Shown: in pieces, positions 40,489-50,530 of the stretch
How positions within the stretch are numbered: the stretch's first letter is position 1
Layout: every line of letters begins with the position of its first letter
Origin: Alphaproteobacteria bacterium
GTDB taxonomy: Bacteria > Pseudomonadota > Alphaproteobacteria > CAAHEQ01 > UBA3637
NCBI GenBank assembly: GCA_017412085.1
Contig: JAFPYS010000019.1
Coordinates: forward strand, 17,869 to 81,868
Length of the DNA stretch: 64,000 bases
Reading direction: 5' to 3'
Made by a program: the position numbers and the translations under genes
The notes under the pieces: generated by a model
Seen by the model: the letters and a program-made list of their open reading frames with translations, nothing else
Databases searched by the model: none
What the model was told of the DNA's origin: nothing

Positions 40489-43400
40489 TCTATCTCCTTT
40501 ATGTACAATGTTTGTGTCCACAAAATGTATGCTTTCACTATCCTATCAGGAAAAATTGTTTTTAGCAAGTCCTTATATGCGTTCAATTGCTTTTTATAGA
40601 TAAGGGGCACCTCATTAGGGACAAAACGATTGGTTTTGAAATCGACGATTTTTACTTCTGTTGGAGATATAATCAAGCGGTCAATTTGTCCAGAAATGGG
40701 TTGATTGTTTAAAACACCGATGATTGGCACCTCGGCCAACGAATTTATCCCAAACAAATCTTTAAAGGCGGGATTATCAAAAATATTAATCAAATTATCT
40801 GGCAAATCAATGTCCGGTGGACACATTTTTTTCGCATATTCTAATCGTTTGTCGGCGGGTATTGAAGGGAGGAATTGCAATAATTGGTGCAAAAATGTAC
40901 CGCGCCGCAGGGCTAAAGCCTGATTTGTTTGTGTGATTGAACCATCAAAATCCAATTCAATATCATCATCTGCACCCAACTTACTCGGTGATAGGGGCGA
41001 AACATTGGGTTGCTCTTGCGGGCAGTTTTGGGTTGCCCAAGAGGGTATTGAGTCAAAATCGTTTAAAATAGAACATTTGGTCTCTACATTAACTTTACGT
41101 TTTTGCTTTGATTCCCACGAGATAATACCACTTTTATTAGGTCCTATTTGTGGGGGTAAAGAGTTAATAATTAGGTCATACCAATTGTTCGTGCTTTTCT
41201 TTCCATAGCCTGTAATATATAAACGATCACGCGCGCGGGTTAAGGCAACGTAAAGCAAACGTCTTTTTTCTTGCTGATTTAAATGGTCTCGATTGGCAAA
41301 ATAACTGTCCAGGCAAGAGGGACGAAGGGCTGCATTCGGAATCCATAAAGGAAAATTGTCATCTATCCAAATAAATTCTCCACCTGTTGGAGTTTTTGTT
41401 CTGGAACTGCAAGTATCTGGCAAGAACACAATATTTCCTTGCAATCCTTTTGATCCATGAACAGTCATGACGCGAACTGCATTGCTGTTTGAATTATCAA
41501 GATCCCGTTTAATTTCAATTTCGTTTTGTGAAAACCATGTTAAGAAATTTTGTAAAGAGGGGGTATTCGTTTTTTCAAAATTAAGAGTTAATGATAGAAA
41601 TTCGTCCAGTGTTTCGTTTACCTCTTGCCCAAAACGAGCGACAAATTTCTTACGCAACCCAAACGCACCTAAAATGGTATCGTAAAACTCAAATGGAGGA
41701 GTTGTGTCCGCAAGGTTCATTATTTCCTTTAATTGAGATGCTGAGGAAGGATAAGCTTTTTGTAATTGGTGCCACAGGCTGGATTTGTTTCGGGTAAAAC
41801 ATATGTTAAATAAGTCATCTTCTTTTAAACCAAGAATAGGGCTTTTGATGATGTTTGCCAAATTAAGATCGTTTTGAGGTTGTAAAACGAATTCTGTTAA
41901 GGCAATTAAATCTTGAATGGCAAGGTGTTCGCTCAAAATCAATCGATCAACGCCAGCAATGGGAATTTGTCGTTCGCGCAAAGATCGGACAATTTCTGCC
42001 ATCATGGTGCCGCGTTTTTGAAGCAAAATCAGAATGTCTCCTGGTTCTATGAAACGATTTTTAGAAGGCAAAATTTCCTTGCCAATCATGGATTGAATTT
42101 TATCGGCGATTTTTCCGATTAGACGTTTCATGGCGGAATCATTTTCTTGACGTTCAATGGGTGGCTTCCATGGGGCAGGTGTATCCAATTTTTGGGGCTC
42201 TTCAACGGGCCATATTTCAACCAACCCAGCGTCATCGGAACGGTTCGCCAGGTGATATGCTTGTTCATCTTGAGTTAAAAGCCCATTTTTTGCTTCTTCA
42301 TTTTGAAGTAAATAATTCACCAGACGCAAGATGGGTTCGGTGGATCGGAAAGAATAATTAAGCGGAATATTGTTAAAGTTGTTATGAGAATCAGTAATGC
42401 GTTTTTCAAAAAAATCGTGCATTTTTCCAAAAGCAATGGGATCTGCACCTTGGAAGCTGAAAATGGATTGTTTTTTGTCTCCTACAACAAAAAGTGTCCT
42501 TAAGTTTTCTGAGGCATCTTCGCCAGAGAAAAACTCCTCTGTTAAGGCTTTAATTATATTCCATTGTTCTTGGTTCGTGTCTTGGGCTTCGTCAACCAAA
42601 ATATGGTCAATGCCACCATCTAATTTATATAAGACCCATGCTGACATAGTAGATTTGCACAGCAATTGATTTGTTTTGTCAATCAAATCATTATAATCTA
42701 AAAAGGCATTAAATTGTTTGAGCATTTGATATTTTTCAACAACCTTGAATGCAATGTCTAACAAGGTTTTAGTTGCTTTGGTTATCTTAAAAGCTTTTAA
42801 ACGCTCATTTGTCTCCCATGCTTTTTGTGCTTTGGGATCGTCTTTAAGTGCCTTTCTTATATGTTCGTCTTTGGTTAGGTATTTATCCTTTTGGAGTGGC
42901 CAGTCTTCTTCATTAAAAAATTCATTTATTATTTGTTTTTCATTAAGATATTTATCTATATTAAAGTATTTCTTTATATTATTTGTGACGGAATCTATGT
43001 GCCCAGGATAGCGATCCATAAGGCTTAAAAGTCGAGATGTTTCGTTTACAATCCTGCCCAGTAAATCCATCAAGGCATCAGATGAAATAAGATATGTCAA
43101 ATTTTGAAGTGAGGTGCGGATATTTTTGTCTGTGAGAACTTCCTTCAGGATTTGCTCTTTCATCGTGTAGGCCGCAAGATCATCAATAACTTCAAAATGG
43201 GGCGGAACATCGGCTTCCAAAGGAAATTGTTTTAATAAAGATTGGCAAAAACTATGAATGGTCATAATTTTCATTCCGCCCGGAGTTTCCAAGACGTTAG
43301 CAAATAAAGAACGGGCTTTCTGTATTATGTTATCTTGGGGTACTTCTTGGATTAAATCTTGGACTGCGTGAAATAACTCTTGGTCAGGACATGTAGCCCA

Positions 43401-43613
43401 TTCTTTTAAAATATTATTGATACGGTTTTCCATTTCCGCAGCAGCGGCTTTTGTGAAGGTTAAACAGAGCAATCTTTTGGGTTCTGTTACTTGTAATAAA
43501 AGCCTTAAAACACGATCGGTTAAAACCTTTGTTTTCCCTGTGCCAGCGGAGGCTGCGACCCATACGGAATCAAAGGGATTGCTTGCACTTATTTGTTCTT
43601 GATTGATAAGGCT
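40485..43613 (-). CDS. addA: Double-strand break repair helicase AddA
   Basis: UvrD-type Walker A ASAGTGKTKVLTDRVLRLLL; DEAQDTNQEQW; PDE-D/EXK nuclease C-terminus. Confidence 0.93.
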   Translation of the reverse strand, partial: SLINQEQISASNPFDSVWVAASAGTGKTKVLTDRVLRLLLQVTEPKRLLCLTFTKAAAAEMENRINNILKEWATCPDQELFHAVQDLIQEVPQDNIIQKARSLFANVLETPGGMKIMTIHSFCQSLLKQFPLEADVPPHFEVIDDLAAYTMKEQILKEVLTDKNIRTSLQNLTYLISSDALMDLLGRIVNETSRLLSLMDRYPGHIDSVTNNIKKYFNIDKYLNEKQIINEFFNEEDWPLQKDKYLTKDEHIRKALKDDPKAQKAWETNERLKAFKITKATKTLLDIAFKVVEKYQMLKQFNAFLDYNDLIDKTNQLLCKSTMSAWVLYKLDGGIDHILVDEAQDTNQEQWNIIKALTEEFFSGEDASENLRTLFVVGDKKQSIFSFQGADPIAFGKMHDFFEKRITDSHNNFNNIPLNYSFRSTEPILRLVNYLLQNEEAKNGLLTQDEQAYHLANRSDDAGLVEIWPVEEPQKLDTPAPWKPPIERQENDSAMKRLIGKIADKIQSMIGKEILPSKNRFIEPGDILILLQKRGTMMAEIVRSLRERQIPIAGVDRLILSEHLAIQDLIALTEFVLQPQNDLNLANIIKSPILGLKEDDLFNICFTRNKSSLWHQLQKAYPSSASQLKEIMNLADTTPPFEFYDTILGAFGLRKKFVARFGQEVNETLDEFLSLTLNFEKTNTPSLQNFLTWFSQNEIEIKRDLDNSNSNAVRVMTVHGSKGLQGNIVFLPDTCSSRTKTPTGGEFIWIDDNFPLWIPNAALRPSCLDSYFANRDHLNQQEKRRLLYVALTRARDRLYITGYGKKSTNNWYDLIINSLPPQIGPNKSGIISWESKQKRKVNVETKCSILNDFDSIPSWATQNCPQEQPNVSPLSPSKLGADDDIELDFDGSITQTNQALALRRGTFLHQLLQFLPSIPADKRLEYAKKMCPPDIDLPDNLINIFDNPAFKDLFGINSLAEVPIIGVLNNQPISGQIDRLIISPTEVKIVDFKTNRFVPNEVPLIYKKQLNAYKDLLKTIFPDRIVKAYILWTQTLYIKEIE

Positions 43614-46297
43614 CATTCTTCCTCCTCGTTCGTTGTGGCCCATTCTTGTCGGCGGGCGAGATGAGCATAATCATCATAGGTTGGCGCTTGTGAGGGAATA
43701 GGGCACACTTCATACGGTGTCTTTTCGGATCTGAAAGCGCGTACCATATCAAATAAACCATTTTTGGATTTTTGAATTAAATCCTCAAGTTCGGAAGCAT
43801 TGTCCACAATTGTCTGTACTTCTGAGGCATCTTTTTTATTACTTAAATACCAATACGAAAGATTGCTGATAGGTTGTTGTTGTGTTTCACTCAACAAAAG
43901 AGCTTCCAATGAAAGTTGCGGTGAAAAACCAGCCATTACTTCTTTCTTTTTAGGTGGATGATAGGTTTTATAATCAATAATGCGCAATGTATTGTCTTTA
44001 AGGGTATCAATTCGATCTGCGGTTCCATAAAGCGTAAAGGAGATATCATCAATGTTAAATGTATGTGTGATTTTTTGTTCACAGGCACTTTCTTTGACAA
44101 GAGATAAATCAAAGTTTTGTTGTTGAATGATAAACTCGGCAATCGCTGTAAATTTCATATTTAATAATGTCTTATCAATCTCGGAAAGCTGGCTTTCGTT
44201 AATGATTTTTTGGGCTGTTCGAATTAATAAACCGCGGTCGGTTGATTTGGGATATTGAGTTATAAATGTTTGAATTATTTTGTGTACCAGTTCACCAAAT
44301 TCGGCGTTATTTGATTTATCTTCAAGCGGTCTCAAAGGATACAATTTTAACACGTAACGCGCATAAATTGCATACGGATTTCTGCGCCACATTTCAATTT
44401 GTGTCACGGGCAGAGAGTTGGGGCGTGCATCAACCGATGGACGGGGGGCAGGGCGGACAATTTTATCATAAACAAATGGGGTGTCCAAGAGCTCAGATAA
44501 ATGAGCTTTGTATTCTGGCAACTGTAGATGATTGATTTGAGCCACGGCTTTTAATCGTTCTATAAAACGAGAGGGGATTGTTTGTGTGCCATCAGTTTTA
44601 ATGGATCGTGTTAAGTAAACTTCTTTGCTGCAAAAATTATGCGCAAAATCCATGGATAATTCCGTTGTTTTTTCTTCTGGTGCAGGAATGCCAAGCTTCT
44701 TTCTCATAGGACGATTCAACCAGGGGCCTGTTTCGGGAATCGGCGGGAATATGCCTTCATTTAAGCCGGCAATAATACACATATCTGCATGATGAAAACG
44801 AGATTCAATTGGACCCAGGATATCCAACCTGGGATGCATCCCATAGCGAGGGCGAACTGATTGTTGCTGCATAAGTAATTTTAAGATTTCGGGGTAACTT
44901 TGTGACTCTATGGTACCTATCAAATTCGCCTGTTCTAAAAGATCAGAAAGGAATGTAAACATTTGTTTGCCGGCGTCATTTTGCCAAAGCCGTTCTGCGG
45001 CAGTTTTGTCGGCGCTTGTCGCTAATTTTTCAGCTAAATCAATATGTTGACGTAAAATATCTTGAAAAGAAATAAGCGTATTATTTTGAAATAATTTTAC
45101 CCAGGGTGTAAAATCTGTATTTAAATCAATTTGCCAAGATTTTCTTTGTTCTCGTAGCAATTTTTCTTGATTTTGAACTTTTTTGCGAAAATCTCCTGGA
45201 ATTTCTTTATCTGCAGACAAAGGATGCTTAAACAGGGCAAGATAATGTGTCGCATCCGGCATTATACCGACATCAGCAAGCAAACTGAAAAATAATCCGA
45301 TGGACGTGTGATTTAAAGGCGTTCCGGCGGAATCATCCAACAAGATGTTCCATCGTTTCATCTGAGCAATGACTTGTCGGGCTAATGTGCGATCTGTTGT
45401 GACAAGCGTGGCGGTTTTATCAGGTGTTTCCAATGCCTGACGTAACAGCAAGGCAATAGTTAAAGCCTCGTCGCTTGGTGTTGCGGCGTTAATTAAGCGT
45501 ATATTTTCAAATGTGTTTGCGGGAAAATCTTGTGAAACCCAGCTGTCTTTAGTAAGAGCATCAAGCACAGCTTTTTCTTGAGGATAAACAGTTGTTTTAT
45601 AGGCAGCTGTGTTTCTTTTATCATTTGGGAATGTTTCTTCAAAAATAACATTATCTTTATTTTGTGAAACGGTTTCAATCAGTTCGTTAATGGCGGGAAA
45701 GGTCTGTGTAAATCCAGCCATAAAGATAGGTTGTTTTATGGTTGATATTTTTTGTGTAAAGGATCGGATTAAGCGGATAGATCTGTCCATAGGATCAATT
45801 TGTTTCCGTTCCCTTAATATTTTGGGCCATTGTGAGTGTAATATGTCTAAAAATTGGACTGTTTCTTGCCAATGAGAGGCATATTTTTCCATTTGCACTA
45901 GATCGGCCAAATGGGTTAAATCCAAATCAAATTGATATGTCGCGTCCAGCAGTTCCTTTAAACTGATGGCCATTTTTAATGCTTGATCATGGGTGTGAAT
46001 ATTGGGCTTTGCTTGACACAGCTTTGCCAATAAAAGCAAACGTTCCGTATCAGATATCGCGGCGGGGATATTTTCATCAATAATGTTAAGCTCGTAAATA
46101 GGGGTCATTTGTGGCAAAAGAATGGCTTCCCCCGTTTTTTTGTTTAAGAAAGCATTTTTAACAGATAAACAAGCTCTTTTAGTTGGCAAAATTAAGTGTA
46201 CTTGTGCAAGCTCAAAAGGATTATTTTGATAACGTCGCAACAACTCATCCGCCACTATATCAGCTAAATCAGCAGAAAATGGAACCTGGTAAATCAT
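43613..46297 (-). CDS. addB: Double-strand break repair protein AddB
   Basis: 894 aa upstream of and overlapping addA; C-terminal nuclease region FGELVHKIIQTFI...RIIDYKT. Confidence 0.9.
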   Translation of the reverse strand: MIYQVPFSADLADIVADELLRRYQNNPFELAQVHLILPTKRACLSVKNAFLNKKTGEAILLPQMTPIYELNIIDENIPAAISDTERLLLLAKLCQAKPNIHTHDQALKMAISLKELLDATYQFDLDLTHLADLVQMEKYASHWQETVQFLDILHSQWPKILRERKQIDPMDRSIRLIRSFTQKISTIKQPIFMAGFTQTFPAINELIETVSQNKDNVIFEETFPNDKRNTAAYKTTVYPQEKAVLDALTKDSWVSQDFPANTFENIRLINAATPSDEALTIALLLRQALETPDKTATLVTTDRTLARQVIAQMKRWNILLDDSAGTPLNHTSIGLFFSLLADVGIMPDATHYLALFKHPLSADKEIPGDFRKKVQNQEKLLREQRKSWQIDLNTDFTPWVKLFQNNTLISFQDILRQHIDLAEKLATSADKTAAERLWQNDAGKQMFTFLSDLLEQANLIGTIESQSYPEILKLLMQQQSVRPRYGMHPRLDILGPIESRFHHADMCIIAGLNEGIFPPIPETGPWLNRPMRKKLGIPAPEEKTTELSMDFAHNFCSKEVYLTRSIKTDGTQTIPSRFIERLKAVAQINHLQLPEYKAHLSELLDTPFVYDKIVRPAPRPSVDARPNSLPVTQIEMWRRNPYAIYARYVLKLYPLRPLEDKSNNAEFGELVHKIIQTFITQYPKSTDRGLLIRTAQKIINESQLSEIDKTLLNMKFTAIAEFIIQQQNFDLSLVKESACEQKITHTFNIDDISFTLYGTADRIDTLKDNTLRIIDYKTYHPPKKKEVMAGFSPQLSLEALLLSETQQQPISNLSYWYLSNKKDASEVQTIVDNASELEDLIQKSKNGLFDMVRAFRSEKTPYEVCPIPSQAPTYDDYAHLARRQEWATTNEEEE

Positions 46298-46303
46298 GTG
46301 TAG

Positions 46304-47266
46304 TTATCCTTTAAGCTGTTTGGGTAGGTATTTCTTTAACCAGCGTTGATAATCCTTCAAAAGAGGATTTTTAATGTTTTCTTTTATAAATGCCCAATCA
46401 TTTTTGACATATTTTAGATAATCTGGTTTGTTATATTCAACAGCAAGAAGAGCAAAGCGACCAATAACACGTGTATGCCTGTGTGCGGCAACAACGTCAA
46501 TCCAAGAAGCATACTTGTCTGTTGCCAAAACTGGGCGTAAAGTTAAATAATGTTTTAAAAATAATTTTCTTTGACGTAGTGGTAACGGATGACGTTCATC
46601 TTCTATCAGTGAAATTAAATCATAGAAAATGGGCCCACGCATTGCATCTTGGAAATCTAATATTCCCAAGGTGTTATTGGCTTTTAACATAATATTATCT
46701 GAGTGATAATCATACAGCATAAGGGTTTGTGGCAATTTTTGTATGCCTTGAAATAGCTTGTTCCAAATGTCTTTGAATTCCTTTTTGGCTTGTGCTGGTA
46801 ACTTAATTTTAAGGACATGGGAAACATAATAGTCAATAAAAAAGTTGTTCTCGGATATCATGAAATCCGTGGAGGGGGGTAATTTTTTAAGCTCTTGTTT
46901 CGTAATCTCTTTTTGTAGCTTAATTAATGTATCCAATGCAAGTACGTATAGGTCATCAGCCTGTTTTTTGTGCTTAACCGCTTGAGACATTAATGTAGAA
47001 CCAAAGTCTTCCAATAACAAGAAACCATGTCGAAGATCTGTAGCGTATATTTTGGGCGCAGAGAGGGCGTGATGGCGCAACATTTTGTTAATCGCTACAA
47101 ATTCTCGTGGTTTTTCGGACAAGGGAGAATCCATCAAAATGAATGGTTTTCCTTTTTTAAAGACACGAGCGTAACGTCGTGTGGAAGCATCGGAGGATAG
47201 CCAGGTTACATTATCCAGATGGTGTTTTTTTATAAAATGCTTTAAGTAATAATCCCGTGTTTTCAT
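46304..47266 (-). CDS. amgK: Amino sugar kinase / aminoglycoside phosphotransferase family (AmgK-like)
   Basis: LLLEDFGS; LMLYDYHSDNIML; LGILDFQDAMRGPIFYDLISLIED; between tsaE and addB. Confidence 0.82.
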   Translation of the reverse strand: MKTRDYYLKHFIKKHHLDNVTWLSSDASTRRYARVFKKGKPFILMDSPLSEKPREFVAINKMLRHHALSAPKIYATDLRHGFLLLEDFGSTLMSQAVKHKKQADDLYVLALDTLIKLQKEITKQELKKLPPSTDFMISENNFFIDYYVSHVLKIKLPAQAKKEFKDIWNKLFQGIQKLPQTLMLYDYHSDNIMLKANNTLGILDFQDAMRGPIFYDLISLIEDERHPLPLRQRKLFLKHYLTLRPVLATDKYASWIDVVAAHRHTRVIGRFALLAVEYNKPDYLKYVKNDWAFIKENIKNPLLKDYQRWLKKYLPKQLKG

Positions 47267-47682
47267 TAAAAATTCTCCGTCCAAATATGTCTGGTTCCAT
47301 CTTTTAAAATCTCAAAAGAAATGGCTTTATGTTGTTTGGGTAACAGAGAGCCGATTTTTTCGGGCCATTCAATAACGGATACGCCCTCTGTAAATGCTTC
47401 TTCAATCCCAATCTCATAGGCTTCCTCTGGAGACTTTAGCCGATAGAAATCAAAATGATATAAGGTAAATTTAGGGGTGTCATACGTTTGAAGAATGGTA
47501 AAAGTTGGGCTTGGTACATCCGCTTCAGTATGGGTCAAGTTTCTTACCAGCGCACGAACAAAAGTTGTTTTCCCAACACCTAACGTGCCATTTAAGGCTA
47601 CAACATCCCCAACAGATAAAAGAGGGGCTATCGTATCAGCAATAGCGTCTAAATCACGTTCTGTGGAGACGACCCATTCCAT
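47266..47682 (-). CDS. tsaE: tRNA threonylcarbamoyladenosine biosynthesis protein TsaE
   Basis: 138 aa; LNGTLGVGKTTFVRAL; SPTFTILQTY; HFDFYRL; VIEWPEK. Confidence 0.93.
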   Translation of the reverse strand: MEWVVSTERDLDAIADTIAPLLSVGDVVALNGTLGVGKTTFVRALVRNLTHTEADVPSPTFTILQTYDTPKFTLYHFDFYRLKSPEEAYEIGIEEAFTEGVSVIEWPEKIGSLLPKQHKAISFEILKDGTRHIWTENF

Positions 47683-47685
47683 ATG

Positions 47686-48006
47686 CTACCTTATTCTAGA
47701 GGTTAATCCATTTACTTTGTCTGTCACGGCAGAAGGTGGAAAATTGATGGGGTGATCCGGATTATACGTGTTCCATATTTTTGTACCACCAAACAAAATA
47801 AGAACCGTAATAATAACAACAAATAGTATTTTAAGGAAGAATCCCCCAATATTTGCCAAAATTTGAAGCAGAATATAGCAAATGATTGCAGCAGCAAGGC
47901 AGGCCCCAATAGTGTTTAAAGCGGCATTCCATGGACCAAAATAAAGACCACGATAAATAACCATCGCTACGCCAGCGATCAAACCAATGAGTAATGTAAA
48001 AATCAT
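47686..48006 (-). CDS. Small uncharacterised membrane protein
   Basis: 106 aa, ~3 hydrophobic segments, stop/start overlap with secB. Confidence 0.65.
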   Translation of the reverse strand: MIFTLLIGLIAGVAMVIYRGLYFGPWNAALNTIGACLAAAIICYILLQILANIGGFFLKILFVVIITVLILFGGTKIWNTYNPDHPINFPPSAVTDKVNGLTSRIR

Positions 48007-48485
48007 TTTTTCTCTCCTTTTTCTTGATGTTTTTGTGCTAATCTTGCACGATATAATGCCGCAAAATCGATGGGGTTAATTTGAAGCGGTGGAAATCCCG
48101 CTTCACGAATTAAGTTACCAATTATTGCACGAGCATATGGGAAAAGTAGGTGTGGAATTTCAATTAACAACAATGGTTCGATATGGGATTCTGGAGCCTG
48201 TAAGGTAGCTAAACCACCATATAAAAGGTCGCATAAAAATAAGGACTTATGATCTTCTTTCTTGTCCGCCTGAACCTTAATGTGTAAATCAACTGTAAAA
48301 TGATCTTTGTCATCCAGCTTGGATGCATTTACATCAACGCTAATTTGAACCTCCGGCGGTTGTGACAAAGATAACATGGAATTTGGCATGCCCGGTGCTT
48401 CAAAAGATAAATCCTTAATATACTGGGTATTTATTTGCAATGTTAATGGTTGTTCTTCTGGTTGTTTTTTTGTGTTTTCTGTCAT
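48003..48485 (-). CDS. secB: Protein-export chaperone SecB
   Basis: 160 aa; YIKDLSFEAPG; LLFPYARAIIGNLIREAGFPPLQINPIDFAALY. Confidence 0.93.
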   Translation of the reverse strand: MTENTKKQPEEQPLTLQINTQYIKDLSFEAPGMPNSMLSLSQPPEVQISVDVNASKLDDKDHFTVDLHIKVQADKKEDHKSLFLCDLLYGGLATLQAPESHIEPLLLIEIPHLLFPYARAIIGNLIREAGFPPLQINPIDFAALYRARLAQKHQEKGEKK

Positions 48486-48574
48486 ATATTAAAATCCTCT
48501 TGCAAAAAGTTTTAAAATTTGTTTAACTATAATTGTTATTTTAAACAAGAAAAAAAGAAATGTAAAGGCAAAAA

Positions 48575-49144
48575 ATGATTTTTAGCAATATTCTTTTAAG
48601 CATTGTTATTGTTTTTTTTCTGCTCCAATTTATTTTTGCTGTTCGCGAGCGGGGGATGAAGCAACACAAGTTGCGTTTAATTTCTAAAAAAACGGGAGAG
48701 GTTATTGAATTAGATGCGGCTTCTTTTTCTGATTTTATTAATAAAGAAATTGAGGCAGATTTTTCAAATACGGCGAAAATTATTTTTGTGCGTGTGTCAG
48801 AAGCTTTTGCTAAGGGGCGGTTGTCGGATATTAAAAATTATTTGAATGAAAAGGTATTGCCTGTTTTTGAAAAGGCTATTCTTAGTCGTGAAAATTTACA
48901 TCAAAAAGCAGAATTTACATTAATTGGTTTTAAGGATGTAAAAGTTTTAGAAGATACGCCAGACAAAAAGATTGTTTCTTTTACAACAGAACAAATTAAC
49001 CTATTAAAGGATGAAAAGGACAATATTATTGAGGGAGATCCTTTGTATGTTGCCACCGTAACCGAAAATTGGACATTTACTCATAAGAAAGAAAACACGT
49101 GGGTCGTGTCCGGTATTGAAAATAAGGAGGCTCATTTTGCGTAG
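48575..49144 (+). CDS. Tim44/TimA family putative adaptor protein
   Basis: 189 aa; N-terminal TM, Tim44-like domain, divergent from secB and upstream of mltA. Confidence 0.8.
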   Translation: MIFSNILLSIVIVFFLLQFIFAVRERGMKQHKLRLISKKTGEVIELDAASFSDFINKEIEADFSNTAKIIFVRVSEAFAKGRLSDIKNYLNEKVLPVFEKAILSRENLHQKAEFTLIGFKDVKVLEDTPDKKIVSFTTEQINLLKDEKDNIIEGDPLYVATVTENWTFTHKKENTWVVSGIENKEAHFA

Positions 49145-50150
49145 ACTCCTTGTTATTGGTTTATTGTCGTTTTTAACCGCATGTTCTGGATCGCATTATT
49201 TGTCTAAGGGACGTAGTTTTCAATTGACGCCCACAACTTTTTCCAGTTTAAAGGGATGGAAGCAAGATAATCTGGTGGCGGCATTACCTGCTATTAAAAA
49301 AAGCTGCGCGACGAATCCAAAGGGATATGAAGAGTTTTGTAGAGGAGTAGGATCAGTACATTCTGAATCGGATTTAAGGAGCTTAATTGAGGGAACGTTA
49401 CAACTTTATAAAGTGACAAGTCGTGGCAGTGCAACAGGTAAAATTACAGGGTATTATGAGGCAGAATTAACTGGAACGCGTCACCATGAAAATGGAGCAC
49501 AGATGCCGATTTATGGAGCGCCGTCGGGTTATCAACAAGGTAAGACTTATGCCACGCGAAAGTCCATTGAAGAAAATGGGATCAATGCACCGATTGTGGC
49601 TTGGGCAGACAATCCTGTTGACTTATTTATTATGCACGTCCAGGGCTCTGGTCGCATGGTGACACCGGAAGGAGAGATTATACAGCTTGGTTATGCTGGA
49701 AATAATGGGCGAACATTTAAGGGATTGGGGGCGATTTTAAAAGAAGCCGGAGTTGATCCAAGTATTGCAAATTCAATGCCGCGTATTCGGGAGTGGTGCA
49801 CAGATCACCCCAACGAGGCATTGAAATTAATGCGTAAAAATGATCGTTATATTTTCTTTAAAGAGTTGGCGGGGGAGGGACCAATTGGCTCGGCTGGAGT
49901 TGCTCTAACACCAGCACGTTCGTTGGCGGTGGATACAACATATATTCCAATGCATACGCCAATGTGGCTTGAGACAACAAATCCCAATGGTGGTGCAATT
50001 AATCAGTTAATGATGGCGCAAGATACAGGTGCCGCAATTAAAGGGGGTATTCGTGCCGACTTTTTCTGGGGGTATGGAGCGGCCGCATTTCAAACCGCTG
50101 GGCACATGAATCAACAGGGAAGTTATTATTTGTTATTGCCAAAGAAATGA
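49116..50150 (+). CDS. mltA: Murein transglycosylase A (true start may be TTG near 49137)
   Basis: Lipobox LTAC; YYEAELTGTR; MHVQGSGR; VALTPARSLAVD; GYGAAAFQTAG. Confidence 0.88.
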   Translation: MKIRRLILRRLLVIGLLSFLTACSGSHYLSKGRSFQLTPTTFSSLKGWKQDNLVAALPAIKKSCATNPKGYEEFCRGVGSVHSESDLRSLIEGTLQLYKVTSRGSATGKITGYYEAELTGTRHHENGAQMPIYGAPSGYQQGKTYATRKSIEENGINAPIVAWADNPVDLFIMHVQGSGRMVTPEGEIIQLGYAGNNGRTFKGLGAILKEAGVDPSIANSMPRIREWCTDHPNEALKLMRKNDRYIFFKELAGEGPIGSAGVALTPARSLAVDTTYIPMHTPMWLETTNPNGGAINQLMMAQDTGAAIKGGIRADFFWGYGAAAFQTAGHMNQQGSYYLLLPKK

Positions 50151-50530
50151 TAAAAACAGAAGATGCTAATTTATGGGAAGATTTAAAAAAATCTGTTCAG
50201 CCATTTGATTCTGATCGGAAACAGGAAGATTTGCCACCACGTTTACGTGTTCATCGGGCGCCAATCAAACCACTTGCGTATTGTTTGGATTTACATCGGA
50301 TGACAGTAGAAGAAGCATACCAAAAAACGGTGCAATTCATTGAAAAACATTATAAAATTGGCAGTAAGAAAATCCAAATTATTACCGGCAAGGGGCGCGA
50401 AGGTCAGGGGCTAATTCATTTGGAGTTTGCAAATTGGCTTGACACAAATCGTTTGCGGCAGTATATTCGTGAGGCAAAGTGGACGAACGATGAAGGAGCA
50501 ATGAATATATGGCTCAAAAAAAACAAGTAA
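50147..50530 (+). CDS. Smr/MutS2-type endonuclease domain protein
   Basis: 127 aa; LDLHRMTVEEAY...IQIITGKGREGQG. Confidence 0.88.
   Translation: MIKTEDANLWEDLKKSVQPFDSDRKQEDLPPRLRVHRAPIKPLAYCLDLHRMTVEEAYQKTVQFIEKHYKIGSKKIQIITGKGREGQGLIHLEFANWLDTNRLRQYIREAKWTNDEGAMNIWLKKNK

Noticed and set aside
40485-46297. AddAB considered as part of an anti-phage system
   Set aside because: Standard alphaproteobacterial recombination helicase-nuclease in a tsaE-amgK-addBA context.
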